NCBI GenBank assembly: GCA_964615625.1
Contig: CAZTQT010000001.1
Location: 12,438 to 76,437 of the forward strand
Source: an uncultured Candidatus Saccharibacteria bacterium
GTDB taxonomy: Bacteria; Patescibacteriota; WWE3; UBA101185; UBA10185
DNA: 64,000 nucleotides
Direction: 5' to 3'
The stretch's first letter is position 1. Every line of letters begins with the position of its first letter. The position numbers were made by a program, and so were the translations under genes. Shown here in pieces: positions 20,264 through 29,571 of the stretch. The notes under the pieces were generated by a model. The model was not told the origin of the DNA, ran no database searches, and saw only the letters and a program-made list of their open reading frames with translations.

Positions 20264-20287
20264 TGGTCTATTTTAACAGAGTAAGTT

Positions 20288-21478
20288 TTATTTATTACCA
20301 AAAAGATATTTTTGTACGTACGCATGTATTTGTGAAAAATCACCCGCTTGTGGAACCAAGACCCAAGCCCCTCCATATAATGTTGAATCTGTTGGGTGAT
20401 ATAACAGCCCCCCCTCATCAGCATTATCCCCAGTGTCTATAACTATAGATTTTATATCTTCAAAGCTTAAGTCTTGTGAGAGTTGGTAAAAGCTTTGTAT
20501 ATCCTGTAAATCAATGTCTGTCTCAACATTAGACACGTATTGATTGTAAATTTCCTTTAGCTTTATTGGGTTTAACAAGGTGTTTACGGATAATGCCTTA
20601 TTTTTTATTGCCATTATCACCCCCTGTTGTCTTTTTGATCTCGCAAAATCACTTCCTTCCCCGTTGTTTCCATGTCTAGACCTTGCATATTTTAGAGCAG
20701 TTTTTCCGTCCATTTTTTGTACCCCCTGATTAAAAGATATCGTTTCATACCTGCATGGAAACGCTGTTAAAAAGTTTATTGTTTTCCCATCTTCTGTGTA
20801 AGAGCCGCCATTTTCAATTATTTTCTTTGTAATTTCTTCTTTTTCTTCCTCTGTTTTTCCACAAAAATCACCCTCTTTACCCTCAACAGGGTACTCATAA
20901 TCTGTGAAAGATTTTTCTACGTTTATATCAACACCTTCAAGAGTATCTATAATTTCCTCAAATAATTGAAAAGTAACGGTTGCGTAATAATGTATCGGTA
21001 TACCAAGTACGTTCTCCATTTGTATCTTCAACTCTTCTACACTTGAATTGGCATAAACCTCATTTATTTTTGATGAATATGTGTAACCATTTTCTAGTTT
21101 ATAGTTGTTTATCCACAAATCTCGTGGTAGGGAAATTAATACTACATCGTTGTCTACTTTACCTATAGATGCCACAAGTATCGTGTCAGTAAGTGTATTT
21201 CTGCCGCTTTCAATACCCAAACTTCTTTTATCAGATCCTAGTACTAGTATGTTGGTTCTACCATCACTTTGTTTTAGGTTTGTTTTTGATTGTGACGACC
21301 CTCCCACTATTTTTATAGGATTAAAAGCTTTTTTAATAGAATCTTTAAAAAAGAAGAAAACAATGCCTATGAAAATCAAAATGCCTATAAGTAGAAATAC
21401 TTTGGCAATACCGTTGTTTTTCTCGTTTGCCCTTTTTACGTAAATTTTCTGTTGTTTTGATATATCTGTATATTTCAT
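20288..21478 (-). CDS. LytR-CpsA-Psr (LCP) family protein
   Basis: TM, NILVLGSDKR, TDTILV, ISLPRDLW, ALKYARSRH, SDFARSKRQQ. Confidence 0.93.
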   Translation of the reverse strand: MKYTDISKQQKIYVKRANEKNNGIAKVFLLIGILIFIGIVFFFFKDSIKKAFNPIKIVGGSSQSKTNLKQSDGRTNILVLGSDKRSLGIESGRNTLTDTILVASIGKVDNDVVLISLPRDLWINNYKLENGYTYSSKINEVYANSSVEELKIQMENVLGIPIHYYATVTFQLFEEIIDTLEGVDINVEKSFTDYEYPVEGKEGDFCGKTEEEKEEITKKIIENGGSYTEDGKTINFLTAFPCRYETISFNQGVQKMDGKTALKYARSRHGNNGEGSDFARSKRQQGVIMAIKNKALSVNTLLNPIKLKEIYNQYVSNVETDIDLQDIQSFYQLSQDLSFEDIKSIVIDTGDNADEGGLLYHPTDSTLYGGAWVLVPQAGDFSQIHAYVQKYLFGNK

Positions 21479-21495
21479 TCGTTATTTTGTAAAAA

Positions 21496-22194
21496 CTAAT
21501 CCTGAACGTAGTATCGAATTATATCCGTAAATGTTTCTGAATCAAGGCTTGCATTTCCTACTAAGACCCCATCTATTTCCCTTATTCTGGATATTTGAGA
21601 AGCGTTTTTTTCATTTACAGATCCTCCGTATATCAACGGTGTTTCGGAGGGTATTATTTTTCTTATTTCTTTTGCAATAGCCTCTATTTTTTCTGGTTCT
21701 TCTGATCTATAAACCCCTCCAACAGATATATTTTGAGGATTTTCCCAAGCTATTATGCAACCTTCTTTGTGAAGGGATGGTAAATCAGCTGGGTTAACAA
21801 AACAAATGATTGGGGTAATGTTATCTCTTAAGCACAGGTCTCGTTTTTTTATGACATCTTCTATGTTTTCTTGTCTTTCACTATGGCCTATTATTGCGTA
21901 TCTACAAAAATCTTTTATTTGAAAAGCACCTGTATCCCCTGTATGAGCACCTCTGTCAAGTGAAGACACGTCTTGAACACCAATGTTTACGCCCATTTTT
22001 CCTGCTATATCGCACATTGCAGGGACGTATATCAAAGAAGGGCAGATTATCACACGGGGCCATCTTTCCTCAATTATTTTTCTTTTTTTCCAGTCTTTTT
22101 TTATATTTTTATATTTTTTGCTAAATGCCCCTGACCACCCCAATATCTCTTTTGACCCCATATTCATTTTCCAATTTGCTATAACGTATTTCAT
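21496..22194 (-). CDS. tpiA: Triosephosphate isomerase
   Basis: ANWKMN, GAHTG, IIGHSER, IAWE, YGGSVN, GVLVGNASL. Confidence 0.93.
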   Translation of the reverse strand: MKYVIANWKMNMGSKEILGWSGAFSKKYKNIKKDWKKRKIIEERWPRVIICPSLIYVPAMCDIAGKMGVNIGVQDVSSLDRGAHTGDTGAFQIKDFCRYAIIGHSERQENIEDVIKKRDLCLRDNITPIICFVNPADLPSLHKEGCIIAWENPQNISVGGVYRSEEPEKIEAIAKEIRKIIPSETPLIYGGSVNEKNASQISRIREIDGVLVGNASLDSETFTDIIRYYVQD

Positions 22195-23042
22195 AATTCA
22201 GATATTTTTTTAATTGTCTCTTCTATAAGTTTAGGAAGGTTTTCTATGTCTTCATGTGTGTAGTTATAACCCAACGTATTTAGACAAGAAAATACCATAC
22301 CTATATCAGTGTATATTTTATCGGCAAACTGACATGCCACAAGACTATTTATAACTACATTGCCTCCTATTTCACCAACTTTAGATCTGTTACATCCCAT
22401 TGGGCAGTTAGAACAAGAGGGGTATCCTTCTTTGATAACTCTTAGATCATTACTCATTTCCATAATATTTTCATAAAGCTTCTTGTAATCTTCAAAATTA
22501 TCAACCGTGTAGTTTTCAGTTCCTGTTATTGATAAACCAACAATATTTCTATCCAAAAGTGCTTTTTCTAGATAAAGGTCTGGGGTAGTAAAGTACTCGT
22601 CCGCTTGTATTTTATCTTTGTTTACACATATTTGAGATCTTTTTCCTGGAAGCCCTAAAGATTGTATGTCTGTCTCTTTAGTATGGAATAAAACATCTGT
22701 ATTTTGTAATTCTACAACAACCTCATCTGATGATTTGCCGTGGAATAATATAGAGTCTATTCCTGCAAATTTTATTCTTGTTGATAAGTTTCCTCCTATG
22801 TATATGTCTTCAATAGCTCCGTTGTTATCTAAAACAATAGATGTTTTAGAGGCAAATGGGAAGAAGCCATTTAAAGGTCCTACAGAAAATATTAGCGGGT
22901 TTTTATCATGATAAACTTCTAAAAGTTTAAGACCAACACCAGTACCGCCAAAATAGGGATTTAAATCGGTAAAACTTTTGGTTTCAGATGTTTTATTTTC
23001 TAGGTCTATAATTACGACTTTTTTTACACTGGTATCTGTCAT
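22191..23042 (-). CDS. Shortened aldehyde:ferredoxin oxidoreductase-family protein (GAPOR/GOR-like)
   Basis: YFGGTGVG, NPLIFSVGPLNG, SKT, GG...IKFAGID.I.FHGKS, CSNCPMGC; only 283 aa. Confidence 0.72.
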   Translation of the reverse strand: MTDTSVKKVVIIDLENKTSETKSFTDLNPYFGGTGVGLKLLEVYHDKNPLIFSVGPLNGFFPFASKTSIVLDNNGAIEDIYIGGNLSTRIKFAGIDSILFHGKSSDEVVVELQNTDVLFHTKETDIQSLGLPGKRSQICVNKDKIQADEYFTTPDLYLEKALLDRNIVGLSITGTENYTVDNFEDYKKLYENIMEMSNDLRVIKEGYPSCSNCPMGCNRSKVGEIGGNVVINSLVACQFADKIYTDIGMVFSCLNTLGYNYTHEDIENLPKLIEETIKKISEL

Positions 23043-23287
23043 TGTTCTACTACTCCCAGCACTTCTCTTGGGCAGATAGATGCTATTTTTTCAATATCAA
23101 GAACATTTGATCTAGGATCTATTTCTATATCAAATTTAATGGCGTTTGTATCAGCATCTTTGCCTCTAAAAACTCTTATGAGAGAGTCTTCAAGACCCAC
23201 TTTTTTTAACTGTCTCTGAGCTTCAAAAACACACATCTCACACCCAGTACACTTATCATTTCCTGTAGTTTTTAGTATTTTTGTCAT
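23039..23287 (-). CDS. 4Fe-4S ferredoxin-like subunit
   Basis: CTGCEMC plus a C-terminal ICP; coupled to the AOR-like gene. Confidence 0.75.
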   Translation of the reverse strand: MTKILKTTGNDKCTGCEMCVFEAQRQLKKVGLEDSLIRVFRGKDADTNAIKFDIEIDPRSNVLDIEKIASICPREVLGVVEQ

Positions 23288-23291
23288 TATC

Positions 23292-24266
23292 TTATTGATT
23301 GAGAGCTTCTATTCCAGCCAAAGTACCTTCTGATAGAAAGTCCAGCATAGCCCCTCCTCCGGTTGAAACAAAACTAAATTTGTTTAATAATCCCAACTTA
23401 TTTATTGCTGTTACGGTATCGCCACCTCCTACGACAGAGAAGAGATTACCTTCTTGCGTCATATCAGCTATCTTTTGAGCTACTTTCTTCGTTCCTACTA
23501 TAAACTGTTCTTCTTCATATTTTCCTAAAGGCCCGGCCCATAAAACTGTTTTAGATTTATCTATAGCTTCTGTGAATTTTTTTATTGTGCTCTCATCTAT
23601 ATCCAAAGAGTCTTCGTTAGCATTATCGGATAATAGTATATTTTGAGTAACTTCTTTATCCCAATTGGCTGATAATATTGAGCTCAACATAATAAAATCT
23701 GCAATTTTTTCAAATCTTTCAACCATCGGGAGCTTGCTTTCCAGTTTTATACCCCCAATTATTATGGAAAGTGGTTTGTCGGGGTTTTCCATAACTTTTT
23801 TTAATGAAAAAACTTCTTTTTCTAGGTTAAACCCAGCGTATGATGGTAATAACTTTGTTATTCCAACTATTGAAGCGTGTTTTCTGTGTGATGTTGCAAA
23901 GCTTTCATTGACGTAAATATTAGCTTTTGATGCAAGTTCAATAGAAAAAGTTTCATTATTTTCTTCTTCTCCTGGGTTAAATCTAAGATTTTCCAATAAT
24001 TCAAATTTTTTCGGACCTAATTTTTCTGTAAAATAGGGGAGTAGTTGTTTTGTACTAAGTTCCTCTACATACTCACCCTTTGGTTTTCCAATGTGACCTG
24101 CTATTACAGGTATCCCACCTTTTTCTATAATATATTTTAATGTTTCTAGTGATGACTCTAATCTAAAAGGTTCTTCTATAACTCCGTTGTTAATAGGAAC
24201 ATCTATATCACATCTGACAAAAACTCTAACACCTTTACTTATAGGGGCTTCGGATAATGTTTTCAT
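23292..24266 (-). CDS. pgk: Phosphoglycerate kinase (compact)
   Basis: RVFVRCDIDVP, GHIGKP, LLENLRF, HRKHAS, GGGDT, STGGGA. Confidence 0.95.
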   Translation of the reverse strand: MKTLSEAPISKGVRVFVRCDIDVPINNGVIEEPFRLESSLETLKYIIEKGGIPVIAGHIGKPKGEYVEELSTKQLLPYFTEKLGPKKFELLENLRFNPGEEENNETFSIELASKANIYVNESFATSHRKHASIVGITKLLPSYAGFNLEKEVFSLKKVMENPDKPLSIIIGGIKLESKLPMVERFEKIADFIMLSSILSANWDKEVTQNILLSDNANEDSLDIDESTIKKFTEAIDKSKTVLWAGPLGKYEEEQFIVGTKKVAQKIADMTQEGNLFSVVGGGDTVTAINKLGLLNKFSFVSTGGGAMLDFLSEGTLAGIEALNQ

Positions 24267-24293
24267 AACAATTATTCTAACATCAAGATATGC

Positions 24294-25379
24294 TTATGAC
24301 ACCATCATTATTGCCATGTCTACTAATCTACAGCTGTATCCCCACTCATTGTCGTACCAAGCAAATATTTTCAACATATTTCCATCTATGACTGTAGTCA
24401 TGGAAAGATCAACTATTGCGGAATGTGGGTCACCTATTATGTCAGATGAAACGAGTGGCTCATACGTAGCTTTTATGACATTCATGTATTTGGGGTCTTT
24501 TGCTGCACCTTCAAATACTTTGTTTACTTCTTCTTTAGTAACGTTTTTTTCTAGTAGCGCTGTTATATCAACAATTGAGCCTGTTATTATAGGAACTCTT
24601 AAAGATGTGCCATCAAATTTGCCCTTTAGATTTGGTAATACGTCTCCTGTAGCATCTGCAGCACCTGTTGTAGTAGGAACAATATTGTAACCAGCAGCCC
24701 TTGCTCTTCTCATGTCAACTTTCTCTCCAAATGGTGGGCTATCTACAACATTTTGGTTAGCCGTTACAGCATGTATTGTACTCATTCCGGCTTTTAATAT
24801 TTTAAAATTTGAATCTATGATTGCTAGAACTGGGGATATGCAGTTTGTAGTACAGGATGCGTTTGATATTGCATTTTGACCTAGGTATTGAGAATCGTTA
24901 ACACCCATCATGAAGGTTTGGATAGTACCGCCTTTTACTGGGGCTGATACAACAACCTTTTTAGCTCCTGAAGAGATGTGTACTAAAGCAGCATCATCTT
25001 TTGTAAATTTTCCAGTGCATTCAAGAACCACATCTACACCAAGATCTCCCCAAGGAAGATTAGCAGGGTCTTTATCTGAGAACATAGCTGTTTTTTTACC
25101 ATCAACAACTATAAAATTTTCCGTTCCTTTTATATTGAAAAATTCTTTCCCACCGTCATTTTCTTCTAAACGTACTATTTTTCCATCTTCTTCTAGCCAA
25201 ACGTCTTTATCATACACACCGTAAGCAGTGTCATATTTTAGGAGATGTGCCAAAACTCTGGGGTTGGCAATGTCATTTATTGCAACGACATTTAAGCCTT
25301 TTTCCAGAGCAATTTTAAAGGATGCTCTACCTATCCTTCCGAATCCATTTATAGCTATTTGGGCAGTTTTATTTTCCAT
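24294..25379 (-). CDS. gap: Glyceraldehyde-3-phosphate dehydrogenase type I
   Basis: AINGFGRIGR, SNASCTTNC, PTTTGAA, WYDNEWGYS. Confidence 0.98.
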   Translation of the reverse strand: MENKTAQIAINGFGRIGRASFKIALEKGLNVVAINDIANPRVLAHLLKYDTAYGVYDKDVWLEEDGKIVRLEENDGGKEFFNIKGTENFIVVDGKKTAMFSDKDPANLPWGDLGVDVVLECTGKFTKDDAALVHISSGAKKVVVSAPVKGGTIQTFMMGVNDSQYLGQNAISNASCTTNCISPVLAIIDSNFKILKAGMSTIHAVTANQNVVDSPPFGEKVDMRRARAAGYNIVPTTTGAADATGDVLPNLKGKFDGTSLRVPIITGSIVDITALLEKNVTKEEVNKVFEGAAKDPKYMNVIKATYEPLVSSDIIGDPHSAIVDLSMTTVIDGNMLKIFAWYDNEWGYSCRLVDMAIMMVS

Positions 25380-25393
25380 ATACTAATATGATA

Positions 25394-25660
25394 CTACTTT
25401 ATATGTGAATCTATCCAACTTTTTAACATATCTTTTGGCATAGCACCTAGTTTTCTATCCACCTCTTTATCATTTTTCAGAATGACAAATGTAGGGATAC
25501 TCATTATTCCAAATTGTGCTGCCAAATCATTGTCTGATTCAACATCCACCTTTTCAAATGTTACCTTGTCTGCGTATTCTGTTTCTATTTCTTCAAAAAT
25601 AGGAGCCATAGCTTTGCAAGGCCCACACCAATCTGCATAAAAATCTATTAATTTAATCAT
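25394..25660 (-). CDS. trxA: Thioredoxin
   Basis: DFYADWCGPCK, IMSIPT. Confidence 0.95.
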   Translation of the reverse strand: MIKLIDFYADWCGPCKAMAPIFEEIETEYADKVTFEKVDVESDNDLAAQFGIMSIPTFVILKNDKEVDRKLGAMPKDMLKSWIDSHIK

Positions 25661-25741
25661 ATTTTTCTCCTTATAACCCCAAGTTTTTTTGTTTGGGGAA
25701 ACTTACACGCTATATGATAACATAAACTTTGTTTGCTCCGT

Positions 25742-26719
25742 ATGCAAGATATTAATAAAAAAGAAAACATTACCTTTGGAATAATTTTAATTGTTGTGGT
25801 GATGTTTTTCATTTCTGGTTTAATCCTTTTTAAAAATCTTTTCAAAGAAGGCAACGTATTTACCAAGGATATGTCTAAAGACAACTATTACTCTACATTG
25901 TTAAAACAGGAAAACTTAACATCTGATTGGTCTCCAAATGAAGTTGTATTAACAGGAAACGCTCCAGAACTTTCTGCTCAAAGCGCTGTTTTAGTTGATA
26001 TAAATAGCGGAAAAATATTGTATGAAAAAAACTCATCTAAAGAAATGAGGATAGCCAGTGTAGTGAAAATATTAACAGCAGTAGTTGCTCTTGAACATAA
26101 AAATTTAAATGAAGAAATATTTATAACTGAAAAAGTTGCTAGCGTAGGTGAAAACACTATGAATATAACAAGTGGGGAAGTTTACACACTGGAGGAGCTT
26201 TTGTATGGGATGATGTTGAATTCTGGAAATGATGCCGCTTATGCAATAGCAGAGGGGGTTGCAGGTAGTGTAAAAACTTTTGTTTTGTGGATGAATATGA
26301 AAACAGAAGAGCTTGGTATGACTGACACAAAAATATTTGATCCGAGCGGTCTTGATGATAGAACTTACAGTACAGCCATAGATTTAGTAAAACTCTCAAA
26401 ATATGCAATGGGGAAGGAAGATTTTAGAAGAATAGTCTCAACCAGCGAGCTTGTTCTAGACCAATCTTTAAAGCATAAACATCTACATCTTGAAAACCAG
26501 ACTAATTTATTAACCACATATCCTGGGGTGGCAGGTATTAAGACGGGTTATACCGAGGAAGCGGGGTATTGTTTAGTAACATATGCTGAAAACGAAGGGG
26601 TAGAGCTTGTAGGGGTTGTTTTAAAAAGTGAAAATAGGAAGTTTGATATGTTATTTTTACTTGATTATGGTTTTTCTACTTTTGGTATTACAGTTGAACA
26701 TCCGTTATTGAATTTTTGA
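25742..26719 (+). CDS. D-alanyl-D-alanine carboxypeptidase (peptidase S11)
   Basis: TM, SxxK (SVVK), SGN, KTGYT. Confidence 0.92.
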   Translation: MQDINKKENITFGIILIVVVMFFISGLILFKNLFKEGNVFTKDMSKDNYYSTLLKQENLTSDWSPNEVVLTGNAPELSAQSAVLVDINSGKILYEKNSSKEMRIASVVKILTAVVALEHKNLNEEIFITEKVASVGENTMNITSGEVYTLEELLYGMMLNSGNDAAYAIAEGVAGSVKTFVLWMNMKTEELGMTDTKIFDPSGLDDRTYSTAIDLVKLSKYAMGKEDFRRIVSTSELVLDQSLKHKHLHLENQTNLLTTYPGVAGIKTGYTEEAGYCLVTYAENEGVELVGVVLKSENRKFDMLFLLDYGFSTFGITVEHPLLNF

Positions 26720-26760
26720 TCATAATTGAATCGTTGGTTTAGTTTTGGCATAATCTCTTT

Positions 26761-27342
26761 ATGAAAAACATTAATAAAGGTAGCTTATTTCCTATAGTGT
26801 CTGTGTTTATAGTTGTATTGGTTTTAGTAGCTAGTGTTTACTGGTTTGGAACACATTCTAAAAAGTTAAATCCGACTGGTGGTGTTTCTGATTCTAGGGA
26901 GATTGATAATACTGAAACGTCAAAAGACGTGGCCAAGTCCAAAACTGAGGAAAAAGAAGAAAGTGGTTCAAACATTGTTGTAGAGAAGAAAGATAATGTT
27001 TTAGAGGAAAAGGAAAATGTAACAGAAAATAAGGTTGATGAAAGCGATGAAGATATTATAGAAACATTGGTTTTACTATTAGCCAAAAAACATGAGAAAA
27101 AAGTTGAAGATATAAAAGTTACAATTTCAGAAAGAGAGGGAAATTATATTGTTGGGGGAGTTAGGTTTTTAGATGAAGTGTCTGGTGGTGTTCTTTATGT
27201 AGCTAAGACAAATGGTGCTTGGAAAATAGTTTACGATGGTAATGGGACATGTAGCTGTTCTGCCTTGAACATTGTAGATTTTCCTAAAACATTGGTAGAA
27301 GAATGCCTTGATGATAATACTTCTGAAGTTGTTTCTAGGTAG
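26761..27342 (+). CDS. Membrane-anchored hypothetical protein with Cys-containing C-terminal domain
   Basis: TM, acidic linker, WKIVYDGNGTCSC...EC. Confidence 0.7.
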   Translation: MKNINKGSLFPIVSVFIVVLVLVASVYWFGTHSKKLNPTGGVSDSREIDNTETSKDVAKSKTEEKEESGSNIVVEKKDNVLEEKENVTENKVDESDEDIIETLVLLLAKKHEKKVEDIKVTISEREGNYIVGGVRFLDEVSGGVLYVAKTNGAWKIVYDGNGTCSCSALNIVDFPKTLVEECLDDNTSEVVSR

Positions 27343-27565
27343 TCTTCTGTTTTGTAATAAATACGAGCCATAATATGTTCTTTCTGTACTAAGAATTGCT
27401 AGGTTTTTACGTGTTTTCCAGAGGTTTTTCAATTTAAATATAACTAGACAGTATTTTTATATTGAGATGATCTTTAGGAAAATATATAAACTTCTGATTT
27501 AAAGCACGCAATCAAGAACAAAATTACTAACTAGTGGCGTTCAAATAGTTTGTTATTATATTTTA

Positions 27566-29515
27566 GTGTCAGAAAGTAAAAACAATTTATTTAGAGATTT
27601 AAATCCTCAGCAAATAGATGCAGTTAATCATATAGATGGCACTGCTCTGGTTGTAGCAGGTCCGGGTAGTGGTAAAACCCGTGTTTTAACTCATAGAATT
27701 GCTAATTTAATCAAGAATCATAATATTTCTGAAACTAATATACTTTGTGTAACTTTTACAAATAAGGCCGCAGATGAAATAAAACAACGTGTGGGCGGTT
27801 TGGTTTCGGAATCCTTTAAATTACCTTGGAGTGGTACATTTCACTCCGTTTGCTCAAAAATACTTAGAAGGGATGGGTTTAATATCGGGATACCACCATC
27901 TTTTGTTATTTATGATACAGACGATTCAGTATCAGTAATAAAAGAAATAATAAAAGATTTTGGAATAGATCCAAAAAGATTTAATCCAAGAGGTGTTTTG
28001 GAAACCATATCAAGTGCAAAATCGGAAATTATATCAGCCGAAGATTATGAAGGTTATGCCCAAGGATATTATCAGAGGACTGTAGCAAAAATTTACCCAG
28101 AATATAGAAAAAGGTTGCAAAATAGCAATGCCTTGGACTTTGATGATTTGCTATATTTTACTGTAAAACTCTTTGATACCGATCCTAAGGTTCTTGAGAA
28201 ATATCAAGCCTTGTTTAAATACATACTTGTAGATGAGTACCAAGATACAAATAAGGCACAATATGTTCTTACCAGACAGTTGTCTGAATTATCAAAAAAC
28301 CTTTTTGTTGTAGGAGACATGTCTCAGGCAATCTATAGCTTTCGTGGTGCTGATTTTAGAAATATTTTAAATTTTCAACGAGATTACCAAGACGCTGTTA
28401 TTTATAATTTGGAGCAGAATTACAGATCCACGCAGGTTATTTTAGATGCTGCAAAAGCTATTATTAAAAATAATTCCACTCATATAAATTTAGATTTATG
28501 GACAGATAGATCTGGTGGCGATCGCATTACAGTTTTTTCAGGAAATAGTGGTAATGAAGAAGTTGCTTTTGTTGTGGACGAGATCTCCGATGGTATAAAG
28601 ATGGGAAAGTCTTTTAATGATTTTGCAGTTTTGTATAGAACAAATGCCCAATCACGTGCTGTTGAAGAGGCTCTCATAAAAAATAGTATTCCTTATAGAA
28701 TGTTTGGAGGCGTAAGGTTCTATTCCAGAAAAGAGATTAAAGATATTGTTTCTTATCTAAGAGTTGTCCATAATCCAAAAGATGCGGTGTCTTGGGCTAG
28801 GATTATAAATACTCCTACTCGTGGGGTGGGGCAAAAGACGGCACAGAAACTAAAGGAAAGTGGCTGGGATTTAGAAGAGATTGAGAGTGTTGCAAAAATA
28901 CCTATTAAGAAATGGATTTCAAAAAAAGATAATTTATCAACCACGGAGTTAATGGATGGGATTTTGCACGATACTGGTTATCTGAAATGGATAGATGATG
29001 GGACAGAAGATGCTCTAAATAGAATTGAAAACATTAAGGAGTTAAGAACAGTCGCCTCCCTTTTTGTTGAATTAGATGGTTTTTTAGAGAGCGTTTCTTT
29101 AGTTGAATCTGTTTCAGAATCAAAAGATACTTTTGATAATGATAGAGTTACTCTCCTTACAGCACATGCATCTAAAGGGTTGGAGTTTCCAACCGTTTTT
29201 ATTGTTGGGATGGAGGAAGGTTTGTTCCCACATTCAAACTCAACTGACAACAATGATGATTTAGAGGAGGAGAGACGTTTGTGCTATGTAGCTATCACAC
29301 GTGCGAAAAATAAGGTTTTTATAACTAATGCTAGGTCGCGTCTGTATTTTGGAAATATACAAACAAACCTTCCAAGCAGGTTTATATCTGAAATACCCGA
29401 AAATCTAATAGATTTTAAAGGTTTAGGTTTTAATAATCATTTTAGAAAAAACAAATCAGAAGAAGATTTTTTAGATGATTTAGAATACGACAGAAACAGT
29501 TTTAGTTGGGAATAA
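27566..29515 (+). CDS. pcrA: ATP-dependent DNA helicase PcrA/UvrD
   Basis: LNPQQ, AGPGSGKT, VDEYQDTN, LEQNYRST, HASKGLEF, EEERRLCYVAITRA. Confidence 0.95.
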   Translation: MSESKNNLFRDLNPQQIDAVNHIDGTALVVAGPGSGKTRVLTHRIANLIKNHNISETNILCVTFTNKAADEIKQRVGGLVSESFKLPWSGTFHSVCSKILRRDGFNIGIPPSFVIYDTDDSVSVIKEIIKDFGIDPKRFNPRGVLETISSAKSEIISAEDYEGYAQGYYQRTVAKIYPEYRKRLQNSNALDFDDLLYFTVKLFDTDPKVLEKYQALFKYILVDEYQDTNKAQYVLTRQLSELSKNLFVVGDMSQAIYSFRGADFRNILNFQRDYQDAVIYNLEQNYRSTQVILDAAKAIIKNNSTHINLDLWTDRSGGDRITVFSGNSGNEEVAFVVDEISDGIKMGKSFNDFAVLYRTNAQSRAVEEALIKNSIPYRMFGGVRFYSRKEIKDIVSYLRVVHNPKDAVSWARIINTPTRGVGQKTAQKLKESGWDLEEIESVAKIPIKKWISKKDNLSTTELMDGILHDTGYLKWIDDGTEDALNRIENIKELRTVASLFVELDGFLESVSLVESVSESKDTFDNDRVTLLTAHASKGLEFPTVFIVGMEEGLFPHSNSTDNNDDLEEERRLCYVAITRAKNKVFITNARSRLYFGNIQTNLPSRFISEIPENLIDFKGLGFNNHFRKNKSEEDFLDDLEYDRNSFSWE

Positions 29516-29571
29516 CAAGAACATCGCAGCCTAAACCCTCGAGTTATCTGTTAACCTATCTATGTATTAGC

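Noticed and set aside
27343-27550. About 200-nt gap between the 193-aa gene and pcrA, possible gene remnant
   Set aside because: No recognisable motif, repeat or stable structure.
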